A stretch of DNA of 60,075 nucleotides, the filler included. It is 3 parts of 3 records of this genome, joined end to end, with 100 filler letters (N's around TTAATTAATTAA, not from the genome) between each part and the next. Parts side by side here need not be neighbours in the genome. Positions count along the whole stretch, not along the records: positions 52,207 to 60,075 come from DRR723986_3133; 2 more parts are not named here. One strand, given 5' to 3'. The first letter of the stretch is position 1, and each line of letters starts with the position of its first letter. This document shows, one piece after another, positions 58,613 to 60,075 of this stretch. The translations under genes and the position numbers were made by a program. Under the pieces are notes generated by a model that worked only from the letters and a program-made list of their open reading frames with translations, was not told the origin of the DNA and did no database searches.

Positions 58613-59560
58613 CTAGCGGTCCGCCGCGGCGCGGCTGAGCCGGTCGTTGATCGCCACCCCAAGACCCAGATGCGGTATCGGAGAGACCGCGATCACCCGC
58701 GCCCCCTGCGCGTCCAGCCGGTGCAGATACTCGAACAGGTTGGCCGCGGCCTCTGTCAGGTCCTCGGTTTCCGAAAGGTTCAGGTCGCACTCGCTCTCTC
58801 CAAAGCCCAGCCGCGCCTCGCCCTCTTCGAAATCCACCGCGTTCAGGCGCACCCGCGCACGCGGCGCGTAATGCGTGCGCGCCTGGCCGGGCGCGCTGAT
58901 GTGATCGGTCTCGCGCCGGGTGGCGACGCGGGTGTTCAGCACCTCGGCCAGATCCTCCACCGGCACGCCGCCCGGCCGCAAGAGCGTCGGCGGCCCCGCC
59001 AGCCCGAGGATCGTCGATTCGAGGCCCACGGTGCAGGGGCCGCCGTCCACCACCGCTTCGATGCGCCCCGAGAGGCTGTCGAGCACATGGCCCGCCCGCG
59101 TCGGGCTGATCTGCCCGGACAGGTTGGCCGAGGGCGCCGCCACCGGCCCGCCGATCTCGCGCAGCAGCGCCTGTGCAATCGGCGCGGCGGGCATCCGCAC
59201 CGCCAGCGTGTCCAGCCCTGCCGTGACCAGCTTCGACACCGGCGCCCCGTCGCGCAGCGGCAGCACAAGGGTCAGCGGGCCGGGCCAGAAGGCCTCTGCC
59301 ACGCGGTCGGCGAGGTGGTTCCATTTCACCAGCGCCTTGATCTCGGACAGGTCCGCCAGATGCACGATCAGCGGGTTGAAGCTGGGCCGTTTCTTCGCCT
59401 CGAAGATGCGCGCGACGGCGCGGTCGTTGCCCGCGTCGGCGCCCAGACCGTAGACGGTCTCGGTCGGAAAGGCGACAAGCCCGCCGCGCGCCAGCAGATC
59501 GGCGGCATGCGACAGGTCCTGCGCGCTGGCGCTCAGATGTTCGGTGGTGATCTCGACCAT
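58613..59560 (-). CDS. tsaC: L-threonylcarbamoyladenylate synthase (Sua5-type with C-terminal SUA5 domain)
   Basis: VAFPTETVYGL, K.RPSFNPLIVH, FWPGPLT, APSAN, HYAP and AINDRL.RAA motifs. Confidence 0.96.
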   Translation of the reverse strand: MVEITTEHLSASAQDLSHAADLLARGGLVAFPTETVYGLGADAGNDRAVARIFEAKKRPSFNPLIVHLADLSEIKALVKWNHLADRVAEAFWPGPLTLVLPLRDGAPVSKLVTAGLDTLAVRMPAAPIAQALLREIGGPVAAPSANLSGQISPTRAGHVLDSLSGRIEAVVDGGPCTVGLESTILGLAGPPTLLRPGGVPVEDLAEVLNTRVATRRETDHISAPGQARTHYAPRARVRLNAVDFEEGEARLGFGESECDLNLSETEDLTEAAANLFEYLHRLDAQGARVIAVSPIPHLGLGVAINDRLSRAAADR

Positions 59561-59670
59561 GTCCCCTCGTGACGCGGCGTTTCCTTGGACGGGATGCGGC
59601 AGGCGCTACCCCTTCCGGAAAGGTTTGCTACAAGAGACATAGTGCATTGCCAAGAACAAGGGGAGGTCTC

Positions 59671-60075
59671 ATGCCCTTTCGCGCGCCTTTGGAGGATTTT
59701 CGCCGGATTCTGGCGGATGTGGTGGGCTACGATCAGGTCTCGGGCACCGAGCTGTACGCCGAAGCCGGGATGGAAACGGTCGAGGCCGTCCTGACCGAAG
59801 CCGGCAGGATGTGTGAAGAGGTGCTCGCCCCCCTGAACCGCAGCGGCGATCTCGACCCCGCCCGGCTGGAGAACGGCCGGGTGCGCACGCCCAAGGGCTT
59901 TGCCGAGGGCTACAAGGCGATTGCCGAGGGCGGCTGGGTGGCAATCTCCGCCGCGCCGGAAAGCGGCGGCATGGGGCTGCCGATGGCGGTGACCACCTGC
60001 GTGAACGACATGATGGGCTCTGCCTGTCTGGCGCTGCAACTGAACCCGCTGATGACGCAGGGCCAGATCGAGGCG
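59671..60075 (+). CDS. Acyl-CoA dehydrogenase, 3'-truncated at the window end (absent from the ORF track)
   Basis: GGGAGG RBS; hand translation gives MPFRAPLEDF...VLAPLNRSGD...VRTPKGF...GGW...GGMGLP...LNPLMTQGQIEA. Confidence 0.9.
   Translation, partial: MPFRAPLEDFRRILADVVGYDQVSGTELYAEAGMETVEAVLTEAGRMCEEVLAPLNRSGDLDPARLENGRVRTPKGFAEGYKAIAEGGWVAISAAPESGGMGLPMAVTTCVNDMMGSACLALQLNPLMTQGQIEA

Noticed and set aside
1..60075. CRISPR arrays, tRNA/rRNA, transposases, integrases, prophage or defence systems
   Set aside because: None recognised by eye; coding density leaves little room. tRNAscan-SE, Infernal and DefenseFinder runs would be needed to exclude them formally.

Overview
The window is not one continuous locus. 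It is three unrelated contigs joined by identical artificial 100-bp spacers (N44-TTAATTAATTAA-N44 at 28271-28370 and 52107-52206). Contig 1 (1-28270) looks planctomycete-like, inferred from its gene families. It carries an ECF sigma / PQQ-propeller / WD40 Ser-Thr kinase operon, and a methyltransferase + FAD oxidoreductase pair converging on a type III PKS. It also has a complete chemosensory operon (double-Hpt cheA, cheW, mcp, cheB, cheR, cheY, cheX-like) ending in a stand-alone MshEN-like repeat protein. Divergent from that operon are an unannotated 45-aa membrane peptide and three MSHA-like minor pilins, followed by a PrnC-like flavin halogenase, a PAP2 phosphatase and yacG. Contig 2 (28371-52106) looks betaproteobacterial (Burkholderiales-like). 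It carries the gpsA-secB-grxC-rhodanese and gpmA-envC-ctpA-moeB housekeeping blocks, a HAD nucleotidase, a Cys-rich M15A peptidase and a DUF3108 protein. It then has a full type II secretion cluster (gspC divergent from gspGHIJKLMNDEF) with an orphan terminator / sRNA candidate in the gspC-gspG gap, and a tandem RR-HK-RR-HK array coupled to gspF. Contig 3 (52207-60075) is visibly much higher in GC and Rhodobacteraceae-like: RND adaptor + permease, DsbD-N-like protein, YqgE/AlgH, Sua5/TsaC and a truncated acyl-CoA dehydrogenase. I found no rRNA, tRNA, CRISPR array or mobile element. The best candidate for an undescribed system is the chemosensory + MshEN-repeat + small peptide + MSHA-like pilin module (9742-23012). 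All calls come from motif recognition by eye; no database searches were run.
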